From a virus, in IMG/VR virus record IMGVR_UViG_3300009550_000009: DNA of 64,000 nucleotides; one strand, given 5' to 3'. The notes below the pieces were generated by a model. It saw nothing but the letters and a program-made list of their open reading frames with translations. It was not told the DNA's origin and made no database searches. Made by a program: the position numbers and the translations under genes. The stretch's first letter is position 1. Every line of letters begins with the position of its first letter. Of this stretch, positions 37,259 through 46,911 are shown in pieces.

Positions 37259-37453
37259 ATGCTTTCATTTTTACTACCATTCGCATCAAAAATTGTATCT
37301 GATGCGGTGAATAAAATCCCTGAAAATGAGGAATTAGGGGATAAACTTATTGAAGTTTGTATAGTCATCCTTAAAAAAGCAGTTAAGTTAACAAAAACTG
37401 ACATGGATGATAAACTTTTAGCGGAAGTCGAGAAGGCAATTCAGACCCGTTAA
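37259..37453 (+). CDS. Small conserved cyanophage hypothetical protein
   Basis: FLLP.A..I...AV.KIP...LT.TDMDD.L. Confidence 0.65.
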   Translation: MLSFLLPFASKIVSDAVNKIPENEELGDKLIEVCIVILKKAVKLTKTDMDDKLLAEVEKAIQTR

Positions 37454-37471
37454 TTTTGAAGATCACATATC

Positions 37472-37479
37472 TATAAATA
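37472..37479 (+). promoter_or_regulatory. T4-type late promoter
   Basis: TATAAATA. Confidence 0.75.
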
Positions 37480-37512
37480 TTAATTAGCAAGAAAATCTAA
37501 AGAGAGAAAAAC

Positions 37513-38802
37513 ATGGCACTTTGGGGAAACAAGGATGCTGGTATTGGAACTGCCCCTGCAGCACATGCAGCGCAGGCCACGTTAACCTTGAATTATGCAA
37601 CAAAAGAAATTGTTGGAGCAGCAACCACGTTTGGTCGTGTCGGTGCAGCAAAAACAGGTGATGTAATAGAAATCGGATCAAGAGCACCGGGTGCCACTTA
37701 TTTCGGTAGTGCTACCATTGTTGGTATCGCAAGCACGACTTCCATTTCTATTGGATCAACAGCCGGTTTAAGCGGTGCAGCAATATCTGGAGTTACATTT
37801 TTCAAAGTTCGTGAGTGTCCTACCTCATCAGAAGGCGATCAATCATTCAGCACAAGAAATGATTCCGCATCAAGTTTGAATAAAATTGGAGAAGTAATTT
37901 TAGGAGCAGCAGTTGCCACTTCTGATGCAGCGGGTGTTGGTGTTAGTGTTTTCTCTGTAAGTAAGGCACAACAAAGTAGTGAGAGAGGACTAGGATTAAT
38001 AGTTGGAGATAGCATAGATACAAATACTGGTAATCTTGTCATATCAAAAGTAAATGATGCTGTTGTGACCACATTATCTGCTGTTGGAGCAGGAGAAACA
38101 GTCTTTAGATTCGCTCCTCCACCGGGTATAAAACATGGTCAATTTATTCAAGACCAGAGTGGATCAATCGTTGGTTTTGGATCTACTACAGTAAAAGCGT
38201 TAGTTGGACAGGGTGCAACAACTAATTACATAACAATTAGTAATCTTGCTGGACATAATCTCTTGGCGGGAGATACAATTTTAACTCCTAATATTGCATC
38301 TGCTGTTGCAATCGGAACAGTGAATGTAGGTGTTAATACTATTTCATTAGTTGCTGGTGCCTCTGGAGGAACAATTACTGCTGGTATGGCGATCACAGTC
38401 TTTAGTGATACTATAGTTACATTAACTAAGGGTGCTGACATTGCTGTTAACGCTGGTTTAGGATTGACTATTGTTGGTGATGAGACTGCAGCGTTCATAT
38501 CATTCTCATCGAAAACAGGATCAGCTATTGCTTCTGGAGCAGGTGTAACTGTTAATAGATTCCAAGGTGGTTATGATAGATTCATATATGGAACTGCAGG
38601 TGCTGGTCTAACAGCAACAGGTGACTCTACTGCCGGTGATAAATTTATTCTTGACCATTCCGGATGGGTTGGTGTTCAAACATACGTTGATTCAGCGGGT
38701 AACTTAAGAGTTAAGAAAGAAGTATTAGTTGCAATGTCAGGTATTACAACTGCTGATACTCCGATCTATCCAGCATATCCACCAAATCCACCAGCTGCAT
38801 AA
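37513..38802 (+). CDS. Gly/Ala/Thr-rich virion structural protein (fibre/decoration-like)
   Basis: MALWG.KD N-terminus and H.GWVG..TY.D..GNLRVK.E.LVAMS C-terminus flank a variable beta-rich middle; late promoter. Confidence 0.7.
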   Translation: MALWGNKDAGIGTAPAAHAAQATLTLNYATKEIVGAATTFGRVGAAKTGDVIEIGSRAPGATYFGSATIVGIASTTSISIGSTAGLSGAAISGVTFFKVRECPTSSEGDQSFSTRNDSASSLNKIGEVILGAAVATSDAAGVGVSVFSVSKAQQSSERGLGLIVGDSIDTNTGNLVISKVNDAVVTTLSAVGAGETVFRFAPPPGIKHGQFIQDQSGSIVGFGSTTVKALVGQGATTNYITISNLAGHNLLAGDTILTPNIASAVAIGTVNVGVNTISLVAGASGGTITAGMAITVFSDTIVTLTKGADIAVNAGLGLTIVGDETAAFISFSSKTGSAIASGAGVTVNRFQGGYDRFIYGTAGAGLTATGDSTAGDKFILDHSGWVGVQTYVDSAGNLRVKKEVLVAMSGITTADTPIYPAYPPNPPAA

Positions 38803-38819
38803 ATTATTAAAAGTATGAT

Positions 38820-39224
38820 ATGAGATTTACTGAATTGAATGAGGGCAACTTCCTCTTGTTTGCGATTAAAAATTATGAAAATCCACAAGCCGTTACAAAG
38901 GACGACTTTGATAAGGATTTAAATCACTTCAAATATATCAAAAGATTATTGAAGAGATACAAAAACACTGGTGTCCTTAAATCTCATTTACTACTTAATC
39001 ATTTTATAGTTCTCTATAATATTTTCGGTGAAGCGACAACTCCGATGTTATTTTACAAAATAGACGAAGATCTGTGGGATACGATGAAGAGTTTTGTAAT
39101 CTTTTTAAACAGATTACCTGAGTATCCTAAGACAAGCATGCATGATGTCAAAGTTGACGTGGTATGTTTGAAAGAACTTTATAGGGATTACAATGAAAAA
39201 AACTCCGCTAGAAAAGGTAATTGA
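38820..39224 (+). CDS. Conserved T4-like phage hypothetical protein
   Basis: F.ELN..NF.LFA.K.Y.NP, F..DL..FKYIKRL, LLNH.I.LYN.FG. Confidence 0.75.
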   Translation: MRFTELNEGNFLLFAIKNYENPQAVTKDDFDKDLNHFKYIKRLLKRYKNTGVLKSHLLLNHFIVLYNIFGEATTPMLFYKIDEDLWDTMKSFVIFLNRLPEYPKTSMHDVKVDVVCLKELYRDYNEKNSARKGN

Positions 39225-39381
39225 ATTAATTCGTGAGCAAGCGATTGGTGGTGCTCCAACGAATAATGTTGGTAGTGGAAATATAGCAGGAACAAGTCAA
39301 GCGGGTGATGATCCCCCTATTAGAAAGAAGAAAAGATATATCTATACTAGGGGGGCACGAAAGCAATGGATGAAGAAGTAA
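39193..39381 (+). CDS. Small hypothetical protein
   Basis: IRE...PTN.VG.G.IAG...DDPP.RKKK. Confidence 0.6.
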   Translation: MKKTPLEKVIELIREQAIGGAPTNNVGSGNIAGTSQAGDDPPIRKKKRYIYTRGARKQWMKK

Positions 39382-39767
39382 GAGTCGCTATTCTAGAACA
39401 AAAACAAGAAGTTCTCGAACATTTTGTAGAGAAGTTAGATTCTGCTATTGAAAAAATTGCAGAGGTAAATACTAATGTTAGTAGGATGCTTGCCGTCCAT
39501 GAAGAAAAATTATCGAAACAAGACGAAATCGACGGAATACTCTTTGCTAAAATTGACGAACTCCGTGATAAAATGGACAGCGATCATGTCGTCCTGCGTC
39601 AAAGACTATCATTATTGGAACGGAGACTTTGGACTACTGTTGGAGCATTGGGAGCAGTGGTATTACTAAGTAATCCCCAAGCTATCAAATTAATTAGACC
39701 ATTGTTTTCTTCTGCAAATAGTGCTATAATAGCACCAGTAGTTGCTATTGTGGATGGATCAAGTTGA
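39366..39767 (+). CDS. Coiled-coil protein with a C-terminal membrane segment
   Basis: KLD.AIEK, MLAVHEE, R.S.LE..W followed by a hydrophobic tail. Confidence 0.65.
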   Translation: MDEEVRVAILEQKQEVLEHFVEKLDSAIEKIAEVNTNVSRMLAVHEEKLSKQDEIDGILFAKIDELRDKMDSDHVVLRQRLSLLERRLWTTVGALGAVVLLSNPQAIKLIRPLFSSANSAIIAPVVAIVDGSS

Positions 39768-40722
39768 TTCTAAGTATATTGGATTAGTATCATCAAGACT
39801 ACAAAAATTCAAAAGAGTTAAATCTGATCTGTATAATTTCAGATGCCCGATTTGTGGTGACTCAAAAAGAACTAAAAGTAAAACGAGAGGATATCTCTAT
39901 GCAATTAAGGCAAATGTAAATTTCAAATGTCATAATTGTGGTGCTTCAATGTCTTTGAGTAATTTTTTGAAGAAGATAGACCCTGTTGTTCATAAACAAT
40001 ATGCTTTTGAAAAATTTAAGGACGGTCATACTGGTCGTAACTTTGTTGTTGAAGAACCAAAGTTTGAATTTAAAGCACCAGTTTTTAAACCCAAACTAAA
40101 TTTACCAAAGGCAATTGATAATCCAATTGCAAAAAAATATCTAGAAAAAAGAAAGTTAAACCCATCTGAATTTTATTATACAGATACATTTAAGAAGTGG
40201 GTAAATACTTTAGTCTCTAAATTTGATGATGTAACTTATGATGAACCACGAATAGTAATTCCTTTAATATATGAAAACAATCTTATAGGAATACAAGGAA
40301 GGTCTCTAGGCCCTAATTCTGTTAAATATATTACTATCATGTTAGAGGAGGATGCTCCCAAAATTTATGGACTCGACAAAGTTAACAAAGAAAAATCAAT
40401 TTATATCATTGAAGGCCCTTTCGATTCCTCCTTCGTGGAGAACTCGGTTGCTATGTGCGGTTCCGATCTTGATGTTCGGTCGTTTGGTTGGAGCGATTAT
40501 ATTTGGGTTTTTGATAATGAACCACGTAACAGAGAAATCGTCAATCGAATCTCCAAAACCATCGATAGAGGAGATAAAGTGGTAATTTGGCCTAGTAATA
40601 TTGTTGAAAAAGACATAAATGATATGGTGATGAGTGGACAAGATGTAATGAGCGTGTTAGAATCTAATACATATTTTGGTTTAGAAGCAAAACTTAAATT
40701 TAATACTTGGAAAAGAATATGA
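39754..40722 (+). CDS. gp61: DNA primase gp61
   Basis: CPICGDS...CHNCG zinc finger; TOPRIM EGPFDS, DNEPRN, KDINDM. Confidence 0.96.
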   Translation: MDQVDSKYIGLVSSRLQKFKRVKSDLYNFRCPICGDSKRTKSKTRGYLYAIKANVNFKCHNCGASMSLSNFLKKIDPVVHKQYAFEKFKDGHTGRNFVVEEPKFEFKAPVFKPKLNLPKAIDNPIAKKYLEKRKLNPSEFYYTDTFKKWVNTLVSKFDDVTYDEPRIVIPLIYENNLIGIQGRSLGPNSVKYITIMLEEDAPKIYGLDKVNKEKSIYIIEGPFDSSFVENSVAMCGSDLDVRSFGWSDYIWVFDNEPRNREIVNRISKTIDRGDKVVIWPSNIVEKDINDMVMSGQDVMSVLESNTYFGLEAKLKFNTWKRI

Positions 40723-43013
40723 GCAACGGAACTAAAGTTGTTAAAAGAGATGGTTCAATTGAACTACTCGATCTAGAAAAGATGCATGTCATGGTCGAAG
40801 AGGCATGTAAAGGTCTTGGAGGGGTCTCTGCGAGTCAAGTTGAGATACAATCTGGCATACAGTTCTATGATGGTATTACCACTGCTGAAATTCAGGAAAT
40901 ACTGATCAAATCTGCTAGTGATTTAATATCTACTGATAATCCTAACTACCAATTTGTTGCTGCTAGACTATTATTGTTCTCTGTAAGAAAAAATTTGTAT
41001 GGTGGTGTTCGTGATTTACCTCATTTAGAAAATCACATTTACAGTTGCACAAATATTGATGTATATGATAAAGACATTTTTAACAAATATTCTAAGGAGG
41101 AGATTGACAAGGCTAATGGTTTCCTTGACCATAGCCGCGATTTTCTATTCACATATGCAGGACTTCGGCAAGTGGTCGATAAATATCTTGTGCAGGACAG
41201 GAGTGGTGGAGGTGTTTTTGAAACACCACAATTCATGTATATCATGATTGCCCTGACAATATTTGCAGAATATCCAAAAGAAACCAGACTTAACTACGTA
41301 AAAAGATACTATGACGCAATCAGTAAACACAAAATCAACATCCCAACACCAATTATGGGAGGTGTCAGAACACCTCTTCGTCAATTTGCATCTTGCGTTT
41401 TGGTTGATATTGATGACACCCTCGATAGTATCTTTAGCAGTGATATGGCTATTGGCAAGTATGTCGCACAAAGGGCTGGTATCGGTATTAACGCAGGGAG
41501 AGTCCGTGGTATCAACAGTAAAATCAGAGGCGGAGAGGTTCAACACACAGGTGTCATCCCCTTCCTTAAAAAATTTGAATCAACTGTCAGATGCTGCACT
41601 CAAAACGGGATCAGAGGCGGTTCAGCTACTGTCCACTTTCCAATCTGGCATCAAGAAATTCAAGACATCATTGTTCTCAAAAACAACAAAGGCACGGAAG
41701 ACAACCGAGTAAGAAAGTTAGATTATAGTATTCAATTAAGTGCTTTATTTTATCAAAGATTTATTGATGATGGAGAAATAACTTTATTCTCTCCTCATGA
41801 TGCACCCGGACTTTATGATGCTTTCGGAACTGATTCTTTTGATGAACTTTATGAAAACTATGAGAAGAGTGATATACCAAAAACCACTGTAGGTGCACAG
41901 AAATTAATTCTTGATCTTTTAAAAGAGAGAGCAGAGACTGGTCGTATCTATATTATGAATATTGATCATTGCAATAGTCATAGTTCTTTCAAAGATAGAG
42001 TGACTATGAGTAATCTTTGTCAGGAGATTACTTTACCCACATATCCACTACAACATATCGATGATCATTTGGGTGAGATTGCACTTTGTATCCTATCTGC
42101 AATTAATGTTGGTAAGGTTCAATCTGATAAAGAATTAGAAGATTTATGTGATTTATCTGTCCGTGCACTAGAGGAGTTGATTGATTATCAAGATTACCCT
42201 GTAAAGGCAGCAGAGATCGCTACAAAGGCAAGAAGATCACTTGGTGTAGGATTTATAGGTCTAGCACATTATTTGGCAAAACTTGGGTTCAAATATGACT
42301 CTCAAGAGGCATGGGATGCTGTTCATAGTTTATCAGAATCTTTTCAATATTACCTTTTAAAATCATCTAATCAGTTAGCAATTGAAAAAGGCCATTGTGA
42401 AAACTTCGGAAGAACAAAATATTCAGATGGAATACTTCCAATTGATACATATAAGAAGGATGTAGATGAAATTAGTAATTTAGAGTGTCAGCATGATTGG
42501 GAATCTCTTAGGTCATCTATCTTGGAGCACGGTCTCAGGCACTCAACATTGTCCGCACAAATGCCTTCGGAGAGTAGTTCCGTTGTGTCAAACGCAACAA
42601 ATGGAATTGAACCTCCTAGAGCATACTTGTCCATTAAAAAATCAAAGAAGGGGCCTCTTAAGCAGGTTGTTCCATCTTATGGAAGTCTAAAAAACAATTA
42701 CACTCTTCTTTGGGATATGCCTGATAATACCGGATATATTAACATAGTTGCAGTAATGCAAAAGTTTTTCGATCAAGCAATCTCTGGAAATTGGTCATAC
42801 AATCCAGAGCATTTTGACGACTCTGAAGTTCCGGTTAGTGTGATGGCACAAGATTTATTAACAACATACAAATATGGTTGGAAGACATCCTATTATCAAA
42901 ATACTAATGATATGAAAACTGATGATGTAGAATCAGATAAACCTGATATACTAGACTTGATTAACGAAATAGACGACGCAAACGAAGAGGAGTGCGAATC
43001 CTGTGCAATTTAA
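40719..43013 (+). CDS. nrdA: Class Ia ribonucleotide reductase alpha subunit
   Basis: ATP cone V.KRDG, QFASC, SNLCQEI, LCILSA, C-terminal CESC; no intein or intron seen. Confidence 0.97.
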   Translation: MSNGTKVVKRDGSIELLDLEKMHVMVEEACKGLGGVSASQVEIQSGIQFYDGITTAEIQEILIKSASDLISTDNPNYQFVAARLLLFSVRKNLYGGVRDLPHLENHIYSCTNIDVYDKDIFNKYSKEEIDKANGFLDHSRDFLFTYAGLRQVVDKYLVQDRSGGGVFETPQFMYIMIALTIFAEYPKETRLNYVKRYYDAISKHKINIPTPIMGGVRTPLRQFASCVLVDIDDTLDSIFSSDMAIGKYVAQRAGIGINAGRVRGINSKIRGGEVQHTGVIPFLKKFESTVRCCTQNGIRGGSATVHFPIWHQEIQDIIVLKNNKGTEDNRVRKLDYSIQLSALFYQRFIDDGEITLFSPHDAPGLYDAFGTDSFDELYENYEKSDIPKTTVGAQKLILDLLKERAETGRIYIMNIDHCNSHSSFKDRVTMSNLCQEITLPTYPLQHIDDHLGEIALCILSAINVGKVQSDKELEDLCDLSVRALEELIDYQDYPVKAAEIATKARRSLGVGFIGLAHYLAKLGFKYDSQEAWDAVHSLSESFQYYLLKSSNQLAIEKGHCENFGRTKYSDGILPIDTYKKDVDEISNLECQHDWESLRSSILEHGLRHSTLSAQMPSESSSVVSNATNGIEPPRAYLSIKKSKKGPLKQVVPSYGSLKNNYTLLWDMPDNTGYINIVAVMQKFFDQAISGNWSYNPEHFDDSEVPVSVMAQDLLTTYKYGWKTSYYQNTNDMKTDDVESDKPDILDLINEIDDANEEECESCAI

Positions 43014-44187
43014 AATTTCATCAACAGAATCAAAACCAATGGCAGAAGTTAAGGGTATGACTGTGTTCAACACAAAAGATGTTGACACTAAGAAACAACC
43101 CATGTTTTTTGGACAACCATTAGGTGTTCAAAGATATGATAACTTCAAATATCCACAGTTTGAAAATTTAACTAAACAACAACTTGGATATTTTTGGAGA
43201 CCAGAAGAGGTGTCTCTACAAAAAGACCGTGGTGATTACCAAACATTACGTCCAGAACAGAAGCATATCTATACTTCTAACCTAAAGTATCAGATCATGC
43301 TTGACTCAGTTCAAGGTCGTGCACCCGGAATGGCATTTTTGCCATACTGTTCATTACCAGAACTTGAAGCATGTATGGAATGTTGGTCATTTATGGAAAT
43401 GATACACTCACGTTCTTACACTTATGTAATTAAGAATGTCTATTCTGATCCATCTGAAGTATTTGATACAATCATTAATGATCCAAGAATACTAGAACGT
43501 GCTGCAAGTGTTACAGGTTCTTATGATGACTTTATCAACGAGGCACATGAGTATGATACTGGAAATCAATGGAAATCAGAGAACAAAGGTTCTTATCTGA
43601 GAGATTATACAAGAAAAGAATTAAAAAGAAAACTTTATAGGGCAGTCGCTAATGTCAATATTTTGGAAGGTATCCGCTTTTATGTATCTTTCGCTTGTAG
43701 TTTTGCTTTTGGTGAGCTTAAACTCATGGAAGGATCTGCGAAAATCATATCTCTTATTGCAAGAGATGAGAATCAGCATCTGGCAATAACACAAAACATT
43801 TTAAATAATTGGAGAAAGGGTGATGATCCAGAGATGCAACAGATTATGAAAGAGGAAGAAGAGTGGACTATATCAATGTTTGACAAGTGTGTTAATGAAG
43901 AGAAAGCATGGGCAAAGTATTTGTTCAAAGATGGTAGTATGATTGGTTTAAATGACAAACTACTTCATCAGTATGTTGAGTGGGTATGTAATCGTAGATT
44001 AAGATCGATTCATCTTAAACCACAGTATGATATTCCTGCAAGAAACAATCCATTACCTTGGACTGAGCACTGGATATCTTCAAAAGGATTGCAGGTTGCA
44101 CCGCAGGAGACAGAGGTTGAATCTTATGTTGTGGGCGGAATAAAACAAGATGTCAAGAAAGACACATTTAGTGGGTTTAAACTGTAG
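43003..44187 (+). CDS. nrdB: Ribonucleotide reductase beta subunit
   Basis: FWRPEE, E.IHSRSY, EGIRFY.SF, RDE.QH, APQETE. Confidence 0.97.
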   Translation: MQFKISSTESKPMAEVKGMTVFNTKDVDTKKQPMFFGQPLGVQRYDNFKYPQFENLTKQQLGYFWRPEEVSLQKDRGDYQTLRPEQKHIYTSNLKYQIMLDSVQGRAPGMAFLPYCSLPELEACMECWSFMEMIHSRSYTYVIKNVYSDPSEVFDTIINDPRILERAASVTGSYDDFINEAHEYDTGNQWKSENKGSYLRDYTRKELKRKLYRAVANVNILEGIRFYVSFACSFAFGELKLMEGSAKIISLIARDENQHLAITQNILNNWRKGDDPEMQQIMKEEEEWTISMFDKCVNEEKAWAKYLFKDGSMIGLNDKLLHQYVEWVCNRRLRSIHLKPQYDIPARNNPLPWTEHWISSKGLQVAPQETEVESYVVGGIKQDVKKDTFSGFKL

Positions 44188-44220
44188 GAAGTAGACTAGA
44201 TAGTAATAATCTATCTAATC

Positions 44221-44433
44221 ATGGATGCACTCTCATGCCCTTGGCCTGATCCTTTTTACAGAACTTATATGAACGGAAGACTTAAAAAAATTGACATGGA
44301 ATCAAGACTTCTTAAAATTAAAAGAGGTCTTGACGAACACTCTTGGTATCCAGAGTGGAATGATACTCAAAGAGGTGCTGCACAACGCATACTAAATAAT
44401 GCGTTAGAAGTGCTTCATGAGTATGACTATTGA
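44221..44433 (+). CDS. Hypothetical protein
   Basis: Intact ORF, possibly starting at the internal MNGRLKK. Confidence 0.55.
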   Translation: MDALSCPWPDPFYRTYMNGRLKKIDMESRLLKIKRGLDEHSWYPEWNDTQRGAAQRILNNALEVLHEYDY

Positions 44434-44863
44434 TTATGAAAATCCCTGGCTATATAAAGGTTCAAATTTCTCTTCTAATGATATTGGCGATTTCTTCGGT
44501 TACGTCTACATCATTACAAATAATAAGAACGGTAGGGAATATATCGGACGTAAATATTTTTGGCAGTTCAGAACTCCTAAAGGTAAAAAACGAAAAGTAA
44601 AATCAGAATCTGATTGGAAGAAGTATTATGGGTCTTGTCCGGAACTTAAAGAAGAAATTGGACGATTGGGTAAACAAAATTTTAGTCGAACTATCTTATC
44701 ATTACATTATACAAAGGGCAAAACAAACTACGAAGAAACCAGACAACTCTTTACGAACAGGGTTCTTACGGAGCAGCTTGACGATGGAACCCCAAAATAC
44801 TACAATAGCAACATACTCTCAAGATATTTTAGAAAAGATTACTATGAAGGGAACATCGACTGA
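44417..44863 (+). CDS. GIY-YIG-like endonuclease domain protein
   Basis: FGYVY.ITN..NG..YIGRK, ESDWKKYYGS, F.R.IL, YYN.NI. Confidence 0.8.
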   Translation: MSMTIDYENPWLYKGSNFSSNDIGDFFGYVYIITNNKNGREYIGRKYFWQFRTPKGKKRKVKSESDWKKYYGSCPELKEEIGRLGKQNFSRTILSLHYTKGKTNYEETRQLFTNRVLTEQLDDGTPKYYNSNILSRYFRKDYYEGNID

Positions 44864-45047
44864 GGAGACCGTATACTCAACACGTAAGTGGTCTATTGCT
44901 CGTATAGATGAAGCAAAACCAGTCGCCGATAAAAATGCTATATACAAAGAGTTTGCAGAATGGATAGAACTTGAGATCGGTGACGATGATATAGAAGTTT
45001 TATCACTAGAACCACTAGACGATTACTACCGAGAATCAGAGGGTTGA
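44844..45047 (+). CDS. Small acidic hypothetical protein
   Basis: MKGTSTEE...W...RI...A...EF.EWI; probable start at ATG 44844 within the longer called ORF. Confidence 0.55.
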   Translation: MKGTSTEETVYSTRKWSIARIDEAKPVADKNAIYKEFAEWIELEIGDDDIEVLSLEPLDDYYRESEG

Positions 45048-45072
45048 CAACTCTCAGATAGTATGTCATAAT
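45044..45072 (+). promoter_or_regulatory. Sigma70 promoter of the manA RNA
   Basis: TTGACA-N17-CATAAT with an extended TG. Confidence 0.75.
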
Positions 45073-45093
45073 AAGTTTGTCGGACGCGACATA

Positions 45094-45265
45094 GGGAGTG
45101 ACTGAATAAACTTACTGGCATATTGCTGGTTAAGGTGATGAGACAGAGGTGGTGCTCGCTGTCAGGAATGGCAGAACTATCTTACCAGATAGGTCTTAGG
45201 CAAAGATGTATTTACTCTGTAGTAATGCCCATCTTTTGTTGGTATACAGGAATCCAACCTCCCCC
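45094..45265 (+). ncRNA. manA RNA motif-like structured RNA
   Basis: GC-richer non-coding stretch closed by GGGAG...CTCCC with several internal hairpins. It lies directly upstream of a mannose-6-phosphate isomerase-type cupin, the context that named the motif in cyanophages. Confidence 0.75.
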
Positions 45266-45272
45266 TTTCTTT

Positions 45273-45323
45273 TAAGACCTAAGATGCAACTTTACAAGTG
45301 GGGCAGAGGGTCTTATTTTTTTT
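45273..45323 (+). terminator. Terminator between the manA RNA and the cupin gene
   Basis: TAAGACC...GGTCTTA followed by T8. Confidence 0.6.
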
Positions 45324-45330
45324 AATTGAT

Positions 45331-45666
45331 ATGAAAGTAGATAAACCATGGGGATCATATGAGGTATTGTTGGACGAACCAACATACAAAGTAAAAAGAA
45401 TTATAATCTTACCTCAACAACAACTCTCTCTACAGTATCATAATCTTAGAGAGGAGCATTGGACAATTGTAGAAGGTAGTGGAACTATACATGTTAATGG
45501 TGTGGATTTCCAAGGTATTGTTGGTGATAGAATTATGATTAACAAAAAAGAGGTTCACCGAGCAAAGGCTAATCAAGAACGTTTAGTTTTTATTGAGGTT
45601 CAATTAGGTGAATGTAAAGAAGATGATATTATTAGATTAGAGGATCAGTATGGTAGAGTCAAATGA
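45331..45666 (+). CDS. Mannose-6-phosphate isomerase type II cupin domain protein
   Basis: KPWGSY, KVKRI...P.Q.LSLQ.H..R.EHW, HR, IEVQ.G...EDDI.R.ED.YGR. Confidence 0.88.
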   Translation: MKVDKPWGSYEVLLDEPTYKVKRIIILPQQQLSLQYHNLREEHWTIVEGSGTIHVNGVDFQGIVGDRIMINKKEVHRAKANQERLVFIEVQLGECKEDDIIRLEDQYGRVK

Positions 45667-45911
45667 TTATTGTAAGATGCAAAGATTGTAATAAAGAGAT
45701 AACCAGTAGTAAGAAACCAGAGTCATGTGGATGTCCTAACATGTTGGTTGTAACAGGCGATTCTTTTACGGCAAAAAATCTAAAGAAAGTTATAATGTTA
45801 AATAATAATACACAAAAAACAGATGCGAAAGCATTAACACCAGAAGAACTTGCTTGGCAAGAACAAAGAAGAAAAAGAAAAGTCAGAAAACTTGACTTTG
45901 AAATACGTTAA
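45663..45911 (+). CDS. Zinc-finger hypothetical protein
   Basis: C..C and CGC.N motifs; C-terminal RR.RKVRKLDFE.R. Confidence 0.7.
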   Translation: MIIVRCKDCNKEITSSKKPESCGCPNMLVVTGDSFTAKNLKKVIMLNNNTQKTDAKALTPEELAWQEQRRKRKVRKLDFEIR

Positions 45912-45919
45912 GTCTTAAC

Positions 45920-46279
45920 ATGATCGATACACTAATCAGAGAGTTCCCAGTAACTACTGTTACTAAACTCAAAAGAAAAAACGATTCTTACACTAAAGAA
46001 GAAGTTAATTTACTCATTGAAGCAGCTGTTAAAGAGGCAGTGAATCAAGCAAGAGAGATTGATGAGATATCAATGGCAAAGCATAATCGCGATGCCACTG
46101 TTATCAGTATGATTCTTGGATTCACCACTCTTGCATTATTTGTTGATGGTCTATTAAGAATGTTAGGAATCATTCCACCATTTATGCATATTGATGTTAA
46201 TATTTTAGATAAGATAGAGACTGATATAATTGATAAAATAAAACAAGTTCCTATTCAAAAGTTATTTCAACGACAATGA
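45920..46279 (+). CDS. Hypothetical membrane protein
   Basis: HNR.AT.ISMILGF..LALF.DGLLR.LGIIPPF. Confidence 0.7.
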   Translation: MIDTLIREFPVTTVTKLKRKNDSYTKEEVNLLIEAAVKEAVNQAREIDEISMAKHNRDATVISMILGFTTLALFVDGLLRMLGIIPPFMHIDVNILDKIETDIIDKIKQVPIQKLFQRQ

Positions 46280-46503
46280 ATGATTTTACTGTTTTTATCT
46301 TCCTTATATTTTTTGTAGGTGTATTTGGCGCAACATTTGCTTTCATGTGGAAGATGATGACTACCACTATTGATTCTCTAAACAAACCAATCAAAAGACA
46401 AAATATTCACCCAGAAATGACAGACGTTAAATCAGGTGAAGAACTTTTAGTATTTAATGTTGAAGATGATGACGATGATGATGTCATAATAATTCGTAGA
46501 TAA
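46276..46503 (+). CDS. DUF2973-like membrane protein
   Basis: N-terminal TM helix; HPEM.D...GEELLV. Confidence 0.6.
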   Translation: MNDFTVFIFLIFFVGVFGATFAFMWKMMTTTIDSLNKPIKRQNIHPEMTDVKSGEELLVFNVEDDDDDDVIIIRR

Positions 46504-46529
46504 TATATAATATACGTCGCCATACTACA

Positions 46530-46661
46530 ATGCCTGATAAAAAGGTTGCTTTAGAAAGATTACATGAAGATTACCGAGCAATTGAGAGGAAAAAGAAGGT
46601 AAGTAAAGAAGATGAGGCTATAATAGAATTATATACAACTGGTCGGGGATCCGATGCTTGA
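46530..46661 (+). CDS. Small hypothetical protein (43 aa, missing from the ORF track)
   Basis: MPDKKVALERLHEDYRAIE...; fills the intergenic gap. Confidence 0.4.
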   Translation: MPDKKVALERLHEDYRAIERKKKVSKEDEAIIELYTTGRGSDA

Positions 46662-46686
46662 CATTATCACAGATTAAATTTAAAAT
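46658..46686 (+). promoter_or_regulatory. Sigma70 promoter
   Basis: TTGACA-N17-TAAAAT. Confidence 0.7.
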
Positions 46687-46695
46687 AAACTGTAA

Positions 46696-46911
46696 ATGTA
46701 TAAAGCAATGACGCTTAAAAACAAATTTAAAAGGGATATTCACACCCTACTTGGTGCTGTCAACAAAGAATTTTTTCTTGATGTATCTCATCCAAAACTT
46801 TTTAAAAAAGTTAAAAGATATTACAATAATAAAGAAAATATAGAATTTACTGGCAATCACTATGAGGATTATGATATAATGATGGAAGTTATACTAGAGG
46901 ATCTCTCATGA
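46696..46911 (+). CDS. Hypothetical protein
   Basis: LD...PKL.KKV.RYY...F.G...DY motif. Confidence 0.6.
   Translation: MYKAMTLKNKFKRDIHTLLGAVNKEFFLDVSHPKLFKKVKRYYNNKENIEFTGNHYEDYDIMMEVILEDLS

Noticed and set aside
40719-44863. Intron or intein in nrdA/nrdB linked to the downstream GIY-YIG gene
   Set aside because: Both nrd genes are continuous and of normal length. The GIY-YIG-like ORF is free-standing and short, with no obvious DNA-binding extension.
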